The translations under genes and the position numbers were made by a program. The notes under the pieces were generated by a model. That model saw only the letters and a program-made list of their open reading frames with translations. It had not been told where the DNA came from and searched no databases. Shown in pieces: positions 9,771 through 21,378 of a DNA stretch of 64,000 bases. Origin of the DNA: Diplonema japonicum. Its lineage: Eukaryota; Protista; Euglenozoa: Diplonemea. The DNA lies in the NCBI GenBank assembly GCA_964019335.1, contig OZ025750.1:248001-312000 (forward strand), read 5' to 3'. Position 1 is the stretch's first letter. Each line of letters begins with the position of its first letter.

Positions 9771-11812
9771 GAAGAAAAATGGGGATAGAAAGAGGGGAAA
9801 AAAAAAGATTGATTTCTTGTTTTTTTTTTTTTTATTTTCACTTCCTTCTGAAAAATTGCGTTCACGCTTCGCGAGTAAAGCAGAAAGGTACGGGAAAGAA
9901 AAGCCTGCCCCCCCCAGAAAAAAAAGAAAAAAACTACCTTACCCTACCGCCAAGGAATGAACTGTTGTCCTCCGCCCTCTCCGTTTTGTTTTTACCTTCG
10001 AGGGTAGTAACGGTAGAAGTCATTTACTTGTGGTCTCCGTAACAGGAACAAGACGGTGGAAAAAAAGAAAAAACGAATTGTAAGAAGAAATACGTCCCCC
10101 CCCCCCCCCCCCCCCCCCCGACGTTTGTAAGTTCCCCTTCCCCTTAACCATCTTCCTTGTGTTCTTTTAAGAGTTTCGAGGGTTTTTGATGGGTGGGGAA
10201 CAGCATTTCTTTTTCTTTTTTTTTTCTTCTGTGGTTAAATCGAGAAAGAAAAAAAGAGAAAAAGAAAAAAAAAAAGAGTGGTTTTGACACAAAAGCGTTA
10301 TGAGCTTACAAAAGAAAGAAGATGAAGTTTAAAAAAAAAGAGAAAAAAAAGAAAAGTTTGGGATGGCCGAGAATTTGTGTGAGGTGCCACATAATGAAAG
10401 ACAGTTTTCTTGTGGTCTTTCAGTCTTTCCGGGCAAGCTGCATCACGCGAGAAGTCTCGGTCACGCCATTTTTTTCTTTTTTTTTTTTTTTTAAAACAGT
10501 AATTCACTTTTGTAGCCGTTTTTTTTTTTTTGTTCTGTTTTTCTTTACCCCCCCCCAATTTTTTCTGACGTTAGGAAAAAGCAAAAAAGGGCGCTTTGCA
10601 GATGTACCATGGGCGCCACAAGCGCATCCAGGGCTCCAACCACACTGATGGCTAGAGCCTCTGAGACTGAAAGTTTGTTCCTTTTTTTTTTTTTTTCTTC
10701 TTGAGTGGAGGAGTGGCATTGTGTGCGGTGGCAGACTATCGTAAGCCTAGGAGAATTTAGAAAAAGAAAAAAAAAAAAAAAAAAAAAGAAAGAACTCGGA
10801 AAAGAATAGGGGAGGAGGGGGGGGGTTTTTTTTTTCCCCTTGTGTTTTTCTTTTTTGTTTCTCTTTTTTGATTTTTTTTTTTTTGGTTTCCCCTACGTGT
10901 GACGTTTCCTATCCCTTTCCCCTCGCGCTAATCACCCCCTTCCTTTTGCTTTGCTTGGTATTTATACTTGGCAGCTTTTTGGTTTTTATTATTTTCAGTT
11001 TCTTTTTTTTTTTTTTTTGTTCCCCTTATTTCTTTTGCCTACTCCCCCTCTTCTGACCCCTTTAGCCTTCTATGCGAGAGGAGCACGAAAGAGAAGAAAG
11101 AAAAAAATAAGATTTTAAAAAAAAAGGGAGGAAAAGGGATTGCAAGCCCCCTTTTCTTTTTTTAGAATTTTTCTTTTTTACTGCCACATACAACTCTTTT
11201 TTTTTCTTTTTCTTTTGTTCTCTCTCAGTGTAAAAAGAAAGGAGGGGGGAGGAGGGGGCCAACATTTCTTTCCTCCACGGGGAGAGAGGCAATCGGGTTT
11301 TCGATCTCATTTTTTTTTGTCCTTTTTTTTTTCTTTATCTCTTCCTTTAGGCGTCTTTCTTTGTTTTAAGTACCCCTTTTCAAAAGAAAAACTCGTGGTG
11401 GGCCGTTGCTACTTTTTTCTTTTTTTAAATACCCCTTTTCAAAGATAAAGGTTTATTAAGAGCACTGTGGTCGTGTCAGAAGAACCTATTCGTGGTTGGC
11501 GTACTGCCTCCCTTCATATTGAGTCGTTCGTTGATAGAGCGAAAAAAGAAAAAAAAGAAAGTTTTAAAAAAAAGGGTTTTTTTTTTTTCTTTTTTTATCT
11601 ATTTGAAAGATGCAAAAGAAAAAGAGAATGGTAAAAAATGAACATGCAAAAAAAAAAAAAAAAAAATGAAAAATGAAAATAAAAATAAAAATAAAACATC
11701 CAATTCACTCCAGACCCCCTCCCAATTCTTTCATATTCTTTCCCCCCCACCATTGAACAGGTAACAAGCAAATCATCACAGTTTCTTCTTCTTTTTTTTT
11801 TTTTTTTTATGC

Positions 11813-13975
11813 ATGATTGTCAAGTATATCATCCTCCCCAATGACGGTCCTGAGGTCGTCTTTCGCAAGAAGGTGATTCTGTTCACGAGCATAGCCGCCA
11901 GCGTGATCTATACGCTGAGCTTCATCAACAATGCATCGGACACCGGCAAGCTGTCCGCCTACATGTCTCTACCCGGTTTGATAACCGGCATATTATCCTT
12001 CACCCAGCTCACTTACGAAAGAGAGCTAAGGGAACATGTACTTGAAGCGTCAATGTACGGTTATGTGGCATCTACACTGCTGATAGATTACAACAGCTTC
12101 GTGGTCGGGCAAGTATTGCTATGGTCGGGTATTATAATTTTAATCGACATTTGTATAGTGTGCCGGCTTCCTGACAGAGTGGCGAGAAACATGATGGCAT
12201 GTCTGTTCATGTGGTTGCTTTCTCTTGCTGTGGAAAGTTCTGTTCGTGTGGGGTTGTTCGATTTTTCGTTTCTACCTTCGCAGGATGAGCGGGCTGCTGT
12301 GTATGATTGCGAGAATCTGCCGTGTGCCAAGAAGATGTCCACCTCGTTACTCGTCTTTGCAGCGCAGACTACGACCTTTCTCCTCGACTACTTCTTCACG
12401 AGGAGCTTTGCCGACCGTTTGTTCAGCCAGCGCAAGAGTATGAACGAGGTCATCACCGCTGCGGAGCGTATCGCCGACGCCCTCTCCCGCTTCAATCTAC
12501 CCGAAGCCGAGAAATGCATTAAAACCACGCCCCTCCCCTCCCCCTTATATGACGCATTTCGAAAGGTCATCAGCAATTTACGCATTTACCGTCCCTACCT
12601 CCCGGAGGCGCTTTTTCAAGAGGTTCATAATGTTGTTCATTTCCGGGATGCACCTCCTCCTGGTGTCACTGCTGAGGATCCCACCGCCACCATCGTCTTC
12701 ACCGACATACAAGGATCGACAGCGACATGGGAGGCCTGCCCTGAAGGGATGAAGGAGGGGCTCATCGTGCACAATAACGTGATGCGGGAGTGCTTCTCGC
12801 TGTGGAACGGGTACGAGGTGAAGACGATCGGGGACGCCTTCATGCTCGCCTTCATGCACGCTGCAGAGGCAGTGTCCTTCTCGCTCGCCGTTCAAGAAAA
12901 GCTTGTCCACGGAATCTGGCCAGAAGAGCTCCTCCAGCTGGACCACTGTTCCTACAACGACGACGGCCCTTGGTGCGGGCTCCGTGTTCGGATCGGTGTC
13001 CACTGTGGTGAGGTGGATGCACAGCTGAACTCTTTAACCTCTCGGTACGACTACTTCGGGAACACTGTGAACAAAGCGGCTCGGATAGAAGGGGCGTGCA
13101 TCGGTGGAGCGGTTGCAATCTCAGAAGAAGTAATGGACAAGATAGGCCGCGACCTGGGCACCACGGTGATCATACAAATGGAAGTCACACAGTTGAAGGG
13201 CGTCGCGGGAACATGCAAGCCGCTGCTGCTACTACCGAAAAGCTTGGCGAATCGAAAGCCGTATGTAGAAGCACAACTCTTACTAGCACGCCAAGATAGA
13301 AAACTAAGCGTAGGAGCCGGCCCCGTGAGGAACAGCGTCAACAAGCTGTCTGTCGTGAAATCCGCGACAGTGTGCAAGGTTGACATAGTACTGACAACCA
13401 ACATGGGCGATGAGGAGGTGGGGCGGACTCTAAATGACATGATGTCATGTGTTATGCTGTACAGCGAAAGGACACACGGGGTGATCGTGTCACTCCAGGG
13501 GAGCAGGGTGGCTGTAGGGTGGAACACCTCACGGCCTTGTGTCACAAATACAGAAAGTAGTTTCGCGTTCGTCAGCATGCTGGGGTCCGCATCTGAAAGC
13601 CGAAATTTCAGCCCGCACATAGGCTTGTCGTCTAGTAAAGTTCTTTATGGGACTGTGGGTGACACTCAGTGTTTTATTGCTGTGCTAGGGGCCTGCCTTG
13701 AGGTGAGCGGGGTGCTTTGTACAGTGGCGAAGCAAAGGCAGTGTATGTGCTTTGTTGGGCTGACTTCGATGATTCCTCCGATGTCTGGGTTGAATTTCTT
13801 CCCTTTGGGTGATGTTGTGGTCGATGAGCATGAGGAGTATAAGGTTTATAGAATTGAGGTACAGCAGACCACCTCAAGCAGGCCCTCGCGGCTCTCCATC
13901 TGTAGTTTCACCGAGGATTTTTCACGTTCTCCCACGTCGAAGGAGGAGAAAACAAATATTTCGCGTTTTTCTTGA
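11813..13975 (+). CDS. Multi-pass membrane class III adenylate cyclase (AC3)
   Basis: Same architecture as AC2: TM region, CENLPC, FLLDYFFTRSF, IVFTDIQGST, YEVKTIGDAFM, YDYFGNTVNKAARIE and a degenerate C-terminal cyclase-like domain. Confidence 0.93.
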   Translation: MIVKYIILPNDGPEVVFRKKVILFTSIAASVIYTLSFINNASDTGKLSAYMSLPGLITGILSFTQLTYERELREHVLEASMYGYVASTLLIDYNSFVVGQVLLWSGIIILIDICIVCRLPDRVARNMMACLFMWLLSLAVESSVRVGLFDFSFLPSQDERAAVYDCENLPCAKKMSTSLLVFAAQTTTFLLDYFFTRSFADRLFSQRKSMNEVITAAERIADALSRFNLPEAEKCIKTTPLPSPLYDAFRKVISNLRIYRPYLPEALFQEVHNVVHFRDAPPPGVTAEDPTATIVFTDIQGSTATWEACPEGMKEGLIVHNNVMRECFSLWNGYEVKTIGDAFMLAFMHAAEAVSFSLAVQEKLVHGIWPEELLQLDHCSYNDDGPWCGLRVRIGVHCGEVDAQLNSLTSRYDYFGNTVNKAARIEGACIGGAVAISEEVMDKIGRDLGTTVIIQMEVTQLKGVAGTCKPLLLLPKSLANRKPYVEAQLLLARQDRKLSVGAGPVRNSVNKLSVVKSATVCKVDIVLTTNMGDEEVGRTLNDMMSCVMLYSERTHGVIVSLQGSRVAVGWNTSRPCVTNTESSFAFVSMLGSASESRNFSPHIGLSSSKVLYGTVGDTQCFIAVLGACLEVSGVLCTVAKQRQCMCFVGLTSMIPPMSGLNFFPLGDVVVDEHEEYKVYRIEVQQTTSSRPSRLSICSFTEDFSRSPTSKEEKTNISRFS

Positions 13976-13987
13976 AAAAAAAAAAAA

Positions 13988-14019
<32 letters not shown>

Positions 14020-14295
14020 GGTCGGGAAAGGTACTCTCCAACCTGGAGGATGCCTCTGCTGAGAGATACCTAGTATTGATCATACCCCCTTCCCTTTTTA
14101 GGGCATGCGGCTTTCGTCTTAGGGGCTTGCATGTTAATTTGAATTTTTTTTCTTTTTCCTGCAGGTGTTTTTTTAGAGGGGAGGCAGCTTTGTCCGTTTT
14201 TATTCCCTACTCTAGGTGAAAACGGCTTGCATAAACAATCAGCCGACTCTCTTTTTATTTTTTTATTTTTTTTTATTCTTGACAATATTATTGTC

Positions 14296-14400
14296 GAGAC
14301 TAAAACTTAAGTTGATGGCAGCGTAATGAGCTATTTTTTTTTATTATTTAGATAAGATTCCGCTCGTGTGCACAAACAAATGAAAGCGCCAAACTAGTTT
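14296..14400 (+). repeat. Dispersed ~100-bp repeat (family C); a copy with an insertion lies at 43140-43290
   Basis: cgagactaaaa..gttgatggcagcgtaatgagcta..cgctcgtg..gcgcca.actag(T)n is shared. Confidence 0.8.
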
Positions 14401-14820
14401 TTTTTTTTTTTTTTTTTTTTTTGTTACAAATATTTATCTTTCAAAAAAATGATTTTATAACTATATGCAACTTGTGCCGAGCAAAAAACTTTCGCAGCTT
14501 TTTAAAAACCTTTTTTGCTCGTGCGAACAACAAAGACATATAGTCATAAAGAATAATTTTATTTTTTTTTTGAGAGCGCATAATTTTAATATTATAAAAG
14601 GTTTTTGAAAAAAAAAGGGAAAAAAAAAGAAGAAAAAGAAAAAAAGAAAGACTACCGCCTTTCATATCGTACCTAGTTTTTTTTTTTTTTTTGTTTTTTT
14701 TTTTTGTTGTTGTCATAATGGGAAAAGACGAAGGGGGGCGAGGAGGGGATAGCAGATCTGATCTTGCGATAGTTTCCCCTCCCTCCCCTCCACCTTTTCT
14801 TTCGTTTTTTTTTTTTTTTG

Positions 14821-15005
14821 ATGAGGGGGTTTGTCCTGCACTTTGAGTTTTTTTTTAGAAACCCAAGGCAGGCTAAAAGATCTGAAGACCAGTCTGAAGA
14901 GGGCCGTATCAACTGTCTTCGAAAGACGCTGGTATCCGCCATCAGAACGGAAGCGAAAGGCAGGCTCCAAAGGGAGCATCAGAAGATAGACCCCTCCCCT
15001 AAGGC
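14821..15005 (+). mobile_element. Two family A remnants (3' tail, then a C-terminal ORF piece)
   Basis: atgagggggtttgtcctgcactttgag(T)n; RINCLRKTLVSAIRT resembles RITRLRKTLKASIGT. Confidence 0.6.
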
Positions 15006-15505
15006 TATTTATTTTCTTTTTTCTTTTTTTTTTCTTCTCCCCCCCCCCAGCAAAAAGAAAGAACAATGAACAAAAAAATGAACTTGCTTGATTCGGGTTT
15101 CTTTTGCCTAACAAGTCCCAGGAACATGGGGTTTCTCCTTTTTAAAGAAAAAAGAAAATTCATCTTCTTTTTGTTCGTCGCTCTCCCCCCTTTTTTTCCG
15201 CGTTTTTTTAAAAAAAAGAAAACATGGTGTTTTATTGTAATAAAGATATAAAAGAAAATGCTGCTCCTGTTTTTTTTTTTTTTTTTTTCCCCCCTTTTTT
15301 TTCTCTTCTTTCTTTTTTTTTTTTTCCCGCGCACTTACCCATTAAAAGGAGAGTTTCTTCTTTTTTTTTTCTTTTTTTTTCTTCTCTCTCTCTTTCTCTC
15401 TCTCCCTCTTCCTTCTCTTTTTTTATTTCATTTTCCATAAATCTCGCAACAGCACCCCCAGCAAAGGCTCCCCCCCCCCCCCCCCCCCCCGGAGAAGAAG
15501 AAAAG

Positions 15506-18500
15506 ATGCCGTTAGCAGTTTTCGTGGTACTGTACGTGAGCGGGGCCGTCACAACTGGTACAGGCAGCAGTTTGATGTGCAACGTGATGAAGGCGTGGGT
15601 GCAAGGGTATGAACATGGAGATGTGATGTATGAGTGCGAAGGGAGCGGCGAGGGCAAGGCAGCCTTGCTGGCAGGCACCGTCGACTTTGCCGGAACAGAC
15701 TCCGAGTTCACGGAAGAAGAAACAAACAAGAACCCAGACCTACAGCTTGTCCCTGTCGTCGCCTCGTCCACCGCTATTGTATTCAACCTTCCAGGACAGG
15801 CATCTGTCACATTATCTCGCGACACGCTGTCGCTGATATTCTCGGGTGAGATGACAAGGTGGTCGGATCCCCGTCTTGTACATTTGAACCCATTCCTCCA
15901 TTTGCCCGACAGGGACATTGAGGTCGTGGTGCGGAATGATTCGTCCGGCAGCACCATGATCATGACCCGCGGGCTTGTTAGCTTCGGTTGGTCGGGAGGC
16001 GCGGCCACTTCAACATGGCCTCACCATTTGAGCTTCGCAACACGAATCCACGGTGGGCGTGATGTTCTCGCCTATGTCAGGCGGACCCCTTATACGGTGT
16101 CGTACAACAGTGCGTCAGATGCCCTCTCTCATCAGGTCGCGTTTGCAAGTGTGGTCAACAAGCTAGGGGTCAGTACCCTCCCAGGATGGGGTGATGGTTC
16201 TGATGCCGCGTCTGACTTCACAGTGGACCCTGTGACATTGGTGAGCCGTGCAATCGACGGGCGGGGGTACCCCTTGACAGGGTTGTCTTATATTGCGTTC
16301 AGACGGGCCCCCTCTGCCTCTACCGCCGCGACGTGTTCCCTTCTTGATTTTGTGTACTGGCTGTGCACGAGCCCCGTGGCGCAAAGTATCATAGTTTCCA
16401 GTTCGTTGACACCGCCGGGACATTCCACCACTAACAAAGCTCTGAGCAGTCTGCGTTCCTCGTGTGTGAACCCCCTGCCTGCGAAGCGTTTAGAACGTCC
16501 CATTCCCGTTTACACAAAGCCGCAGTTCGAAGAGACGCTGAATTCGATCGGTTTTATGTACCACAGCATCAGCAAGCTGCAGTACATCACCAAAGGCACG
16601 CCCGATGGAGCAAAGATGACCGTGGTTGTGAGCTTGACGCCCAGCACGGAGCAGGTAGCGATCCCTTTAGGAGTGGGTTTGTATGTAGTCGGGTGCAATC
16701 TAGGCATCAGTGCACCTTCGATTAAGCTCACGCTACAGACGATCAGTGACCTGTTCGTAAGGAAGATCGTCGACTGGAACCACGACTCCGTTCGAGACAT
16801 GAACAGCTATGTACCAACGGGAAGCCGGAAGGTGGTGCTAGTAGGCGAGAGTGGAACGCAGTGGGCATCGATCATGCTCGACGCACTGGGCACGGGTAAC
16901 TTTTCTCCAGACGTGACCCTCGATTCGGTCGTGGAAGTCTGGGCTTACATACGGCAAAACCCTGGAACCCTTGCAGTGCTCCCCTATGAGAATGTCAAGC
17001 AAAGAGACATCACACTGGTGCACCCCATCATGAGCGGTGTCCCCGTCGGTCCGTCACTGGAAAGCATTGGCGAAGCCATCACGCTTGATGTGTACAACGT
17101 CGGCTCTGGGGTTGCACGGCTCTCCCCATCACTGGCACGACTGTACCCTTTCTTCTATGTCGTCCACATTGTCGCTATGAAGAGCTTCTCAAGCGTACAG
17201 GAGTGTGAGTTCCTCTCATGGGCCAGTGGATATCCAAGCTCTGATAGTCATCTTGACAGGGCACTACAGAGCACCGGTCTTTACCCCATGAAGCGGGACG
17301 TCCTGCAAGCATTGCATGGGCAGTTGGTGGCGTGCAACGGAACTATACTGCTCCCTTCTCAAGAAGGTAGTTCGGACACCGGACTTGTCGGTGTGGGGTT
17401 TGGGCTTGCGGCGTTTGTTCTCGTGCTTCTTGTTGCGGCTTTGCTGAGGTGGCGAAAGATGCACGGCAGGTACAAGTCCCTGCACAGTGCGACGGCGCTT
17501 GCAACAGCGATGGTAGAGGCAGTGACGTTGCTTGACTTCTCGTCGCTCGAGAACTTTGACAACTTACAGAACCCCGACACGATACAAGAGGCCATGATCT
17601 TCATCATGACTGCGATGAAGGAGCTCCTGAGGTACATCCCGCACTACGTCATCATGAGCGTGAGATTGGAAGAAAGGCCGCGCACTGAGTACAGCCTAAG
17701 TAATTCCGTTCGAAGCATCCCCTCGCTGACCTCGAGGAGCAGGAACTCCCAGCAGGACGGCATCTGGAGCCTCAAGGAGAAGGCCGTGCGTGTCGTAACT
17801 GTTCTAACAGCAAGGCCGGTTTTAGTTGTTGTTGCGAAGCGTGATAGCACCATCGAGGACCTGCAGATGGAGTTCTTCTCGGCGATGATGTCCCTCATCG
17901 AACCCGATCCCTCTAGCATGTTGCATAGAATACACGAAGATAGCATGGTGGTTACATGGGGCAGCATAGGTGGTTATGTGAGCAAAACGAGAGTGGTGTA
18001 TCTTGCGGAGCAGCTCGTGAAGACCGGGACTGGCGTTTCCGGTATTTCTGTCGGCCAGGCATACTGCGGGTCAATAGGAACCCGAAGCGTTCAATCCTTC
18101 CAGGTTCTGGGCCTCCCCATCGATGACTCCAGTACCTTGGCCAGGATTGCTCAGATTAGCGGGGCAGGGTGTTTGTTGCCGTCTGACTATTTGGCAAGCA
18201 ATCCCACTTGCGTGTCGTACAAGTTCTTCTGCGTCTCAGCCGCTTCTAACGGGAAGCCTCTAACCGTTAGTATTTTGTTCACTGCGAAGGAACCTGACAC
18301 AAGTTGCGATTGGGCGAACACACCACAGGCGCAAGGACAGTCCGAAGGTCTACCGGCAGTATTCCGCTGTTTGCAAGAGCAGAATTATGGTTCGGTGAAT
18401 GAGCACATCTCTGCTGCGCTGTCTCGTCAGCGACCCGAGAGGCTTGCCACGTGGCTCAGCGAAGCCATTCCGGTACTACTCCCACTTCTTGAGGCTTCTC

Positions 18501-18622
18501 ATGAGGTAACTCTTGAGCCCGGAAGCTGCGGCAGCATCTATGTCAAGTCGGAAGGCGTCGTAGCGTCGCAGTCAGTTCGGTCTATGAAGGTATATCACGA
18601 CGGTGGCTCGGCATGGAGGTAG
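15506..18622 (+). CDS. Membrane receptor-like protein: two PstS/PBP2-like phosphate-binding-type domains, one TM helix, degenerate cyclase-like intracellular domain
   Basis: Signal-like MPLAVFVVLYVSG. PstS-type motifs GSGEG..GTVDFAGTD, IFSGEMTRWSDP, VVRNDSSGST and GYPLTGLSY. Second diverged copy LFVRKIVDWNH and LYPFFYVVH. TM segment LVGVGFGLAAFVLVLLVAALL. Tail with LLRYIP, VVTWG and GISVGQAYCGSIG but no FTD/GD catalytic residues. Confidence 0.8.
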   Translation: MPLAVFVVLYVSGAVTTGTGSSLMCNVMKAWVQGYEHGDVMYECEGSGEGKAALLAGTVDFAGTDSEFTEEETNKNPDLQLVPVVASSTAIVFNLPGQASVTLSRDTLSLIFSGEMTRWSDPRLVHLNPFLHLPDRDIEVVVRNDSSGSTMIMTRGLVSFGWSGGAATSTWPHHLSFATRIHGGRDVLAYVRRTPYTVSYNSASDALSHQVAFASVVNKLGVSTLPGWGDGSDAASDFTVDPVTLVSRAIDGRGYPLTGLSYIAFRRAPSASTAATCSLLDFVYWLCTSPVAQSIIVSSSLTPPGHSTTNKALSSLRSSCVNPLPAKRLERPIPVYTKPQFEETLNSIGFMYHSISKLQYITKGTPDGAKMTVVVSLTPSTEQVAIPLGVGLYVVGCNLGISAPSIKLTLQTISDLFVRKIVDWNHDSVRDMNSYVPTGSRKVVLVGESGTQWASIMLDALGTGNFSPDVTLDSVVEVWAYIRQNPGTLAVLPYENVKQRDITLVHPIMSGVPVGPSLESIGEAITLDVYNVGSGVARLSPSLARLYPFFYVVHIVAMKSFSSVQECEFLSWASGYPSSDSHLDRALQSTGLYPMKRDVLQALHGQLVACNGTILLPSQEGSSDTGLVGVGFGLAAFVLVLLVAALLRWRKMHGRYKSLHSATALATAMVEAVTLLDFSSLENFDNLQNPDTIQEAMIFIMTAMKELLRYIPHYVIMSVRLEERPRTEYSLSNSVRSIPSLTSRSRNSQQDGIWSLKEKAVRVVTVLTARPVLVVVAKRDSTIEDLQMEFFSAMMSLIEPDPSSMLHRIHEDSMVVTWGSIGGYVSKTRVVYLAEQLVKTGTGVSGISVGQAYCGSIGTRSVQSFQVLGLPIDDSSTLARIAQISGAGCLLPSDYLASNPTCVSYKFFCVSAASNGKPLTVSILFTAKEPDTSCDWANTPQAQGQSEGLPAVFRCLQEQNYGSVNEHISAALSRQRPERLATWLSEAIPVLLPLLEASHEVTLEPGSCGSIYVKSEGVVASQSVRSMKVYHDGGSAWR

Positions 18623-18863
18623 CACGTGCATCGTTTCTGTCTTCCGACAGTTTATCTTGTTCAGTCTACATATTATACAAGTCAATCTTGGATTCTGACC
18701 CAAGCACTGCCAATGAGGTTAGGTAGTTTCCCGATTTTCGCCGCTTTTTCTCGCTTCCGGAAAGCTTGTTTTTCGTCAGAAGACTTCTTTTGGCTTTGTC
18801 TCCATAACCTTATGATGAATTTCTTCTTATCATATTCACTTCCCACAGTTACCCTTTAACAAG

Positions 18864-19997
18864 ATGGCATATATGCAGCAGGCACAGAACTGTCAGCAGG
18901 CGAATTGGGAGCAGGACTGTCTCCCGCTGAATGAACCCTTCAGCGGGCATGGGAGCGAACTGATTAGGAGGCTCCCGCAGCCTGACGACAACGACGAAAA
19001 GAAGAGCGGCAATGTGGTGGCAGTTGTGGTGACCATCAATGGCGGGGGGAGCTACGACCCGCTCTTCTCGGAGCAACCGCAAGTGGTCCCGGAGGGTGTG
19101 GTTCGTGTGTACAAGAGCTCCTTCGAGGCACTCCCTGTTTTGAGGAGGTACCTCACAGAGGACCCCACTGAGAAAGCCGCACTGCCCACAACTCCCGACA
19201 CAGCGGCCTTGGGGGTCATCGACGAGCTTCTGGAGAACATGACTACGGTAGGCGGCGAGGCAGTGGTCTTCAACTTCGAGTGCTGTGGGGGGTGCTCTGA
19301 CGTGGGCTTCCCTGACACGAACGAAGTGTTCAGGTTTACAAAGACGGTGCTGGATAAGAAGTGCATGGTAATGTTCTCTGACTTCTCGTTGAAGGGGCTT
19401 ATTGGGAAGTGGGACGCGGCGCTGCTGGGACCCTGCCCCTTCGAGAAGGTGGGGGAGCTGAACTCCGAGATGGACATCCGCTTTGACGTCGAGAAGCTCA
19501 AGTCTGAGGACTGCCCTTCGGCACAACTCACGAAGGTGGCTGAACTGTGCAAAGATGGAAAGGCGAAAGTGAAGGCGATGGGCGGAACCATCATGTACAG
19601 CCTGAAGGGTGGAAAGGCCCCACCCGAGAGCGCACCCTACAAGCTTGATATCTTGACGGTGGTAACAGCTGTCGATGGGAATGGCTTAAAGGTTCCAAAA
19701 GAGTCGCACGTCACGTCAGGCGGCCACACCGGCATCCTTGGGCACACTTCTCTGTGCTACCCTTCAGGTGGGATCCTCTTCACGTCCAGTGGGCACTGGA
19801 TCTCCCTTGCTCATCTTGACACTTCGCAGGAGAACTTGAAGAACGCTGTCATCTCACAGATGGGCGCTGAGAACTACTCCAGTTGGGAGAAGCAGTATGT
19901 CTCAGCGCCTGCTTCCCAGAAGTTTGGGATGATGCAGCAAAAGGCCGCCGAGTGTGTCTGGCAATCCGCCCCGTGCAAGTCCAAGTCCAACTACTAG
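18864..19997 (+). CDS. Hypothetical globular protein (377 aa), function unknown
   Basis: Long ORF with coding-like GC content and a cacag acceptor about 15 nt upstream of the ATG. Motifs FNFECCGGCSD, MVMFSDFSLK and GHWISL; no family recognised. Confidence 0.75.
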   Translation: MAYMQQAQNCQQANWEQDCLPLNEPFSGHGSELIRRLPQPDDNDEKKSGNVVAVVVTINGGGSYDPLFSEQPQVVPEGVVRVYKSSFEALPVLRRYLTEDPTEKAALPTTPDTAALGVIDELLENMTTVGGEAVVFNFECCGGCSDVGFPDTNEVFRFTKTVLDKKCMVMFSDFSLKGLIGKWDAALLGPCPFEKVGELNSEMDIRFDVEKLKSEDCPSAQLTKVAELCKDGKAKVKAMGGTIMYSLKGGKAPPESAPYKLDILTVVTAVDGNGLKVPKESHVTSGGHTGILGHTSLCYPSGGILFTSSGHWISLAHLDTSQENLKNAVISQMGAENYSSWEKQYVSAPASQKFGMMQQKAAECVWQSAPCKSKSNY

Positions 19998-20230
19998 CAG
20001 TTTTCCAAAAGGAGAAAAAGCTTAAAAACGCAAATGGAGGTACCCTAGCCTTTATCCCCCCTCCTGTTTTCTCTTTTTCGTTATGTAAGATTTTTGTTCC
20101 AGTTTCCTGTCAGCAATGACGCGGATGATGGGAAGAGATTTTCCCTCCCTCTTTTTTTTCCTAGCCCGATTTTTCTTCTTTTTCTTTCCCCCTTTCCCCT
20201 TCAGCACGACAACACACAACAAAAAGGGGA

Positions 20231-21355
20231 GTGGGCCGGGGGGGGGAGGCCTCAATAGGCCAGATACATGTAACCGGACTCATAGCTGTGACGACATTGG
20301 TCTCGATTACCTGCTCCGTTTTGGGGGGCGTGTGGATGTACGTGAAGTCTGTCGAGTCCCTAGAGAACGTAGCGAAAAGCACCTCGAAGATCGAGGTCTT
20401 CCGCCTCCGCGAGAACATCCAGCGATCTTACGACGAGGTCATCGCAGCGAACCGAGAACTAGCAGAACTGTTCATGCCCGCCGAAGACCCCATAGCAGTC
20501 CGCCTCGCCCGTTGTTCGAGACCCTGCAACAGACCGTATAAACGCTTCCATCGCAGAAATTGAAGACTGGAACAACAAAATCCGATGGCACGCATGGTCC
20601 CGCGTAGCACGAAGCGACATCATCCAAGAAGTAGGCATCATCCTCACCCCTTGGGACCCTGCGGCACAATACACCCACATATGGTACGGGTTCGGGTCAT
20701 GAGTAATGGCGACCGGGAGTACGTCTACGCCCGTTACGGTAAGCATTTAAACCCCCACGCGTACAATGAGTCAGCCGTTCCCTTTCAACGGCAAAGCATC
20801 ATAACGCACGCGCTGCACATGGCGAACGGCAGTATCGATAAGTACGTATATAACTTTAGCTTCGCTCACGTCGAATGGCCCGCATTGTACCACTTTCCCT
20901 TCAACGGGGATTTCAGTAAGTACACAACGGACACGTACCCCGGGGACGGTTTTTAAGAAGCGACGGGCGTGCGGTTTTGAAACGGTTCAGAAAGCCCTGC
21001 GCATCTGATGACAACCCTTACGCGTTTCAAGCGTATGACGAGGTGTACTCCCCGCCGCCTTTTCCACACCCATGGTCAGGTACAAACAGGTGTGGCTACA
21101 AACATATTTCGTCTTCGCGAACTGGGAGAAGGCGTTGACAGAGTTCGCAGCCACTAGCACGGACACCTCTCTCATGGTGTACGACATGCACACAGAAGTG
21201 GTCTACGCATCTACCACGGGACAGGCCATGGTCGACAAGTCTTGCTGGCTGCTGGATCGCAACACTGAGGGCAGGAAGGAGATAACCGACTGCGCCACGC
21301 TTGTGCGCAACATGTCTGGTAGTTTCATAGATGCGTGGCAAAGCGCGACCCTTAT
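20231..21355 (+). pseudogene. Decayed N-terminal part (TM plus extracellular domain) of a receptor-type membrane protein, possibly a receptor adenylate cyclase
   Basis: Coding-like composition split over three + ORFs (20231, 20585, 21072) by frameshifts and stops. TM segment GLIAVTTLVSITCSVLGGVWMYV is followed by SVESLENVAK. Coding-like sequence ends just before an inverted-repeat element at 21379. Confidence 0.6.
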
Positions 21356-21378
21356 AAAAAACACAGGGTCGGGTAAAT

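Noticed and set aside
9300-11800. Many Lys- or Phe-rich short ORFs here and in other spacers
   Set aside because: They are translations of poly(A) and poly(T) tracts.
15224-15505. N-terminal extensions in the ORF track (also at 2900, 5406, 7859 and 44248)
   Set aside because: They run through pyrimidine or homopolymer tracts upstream of the likely splice acceptor; downstream ATGs are more plausible.
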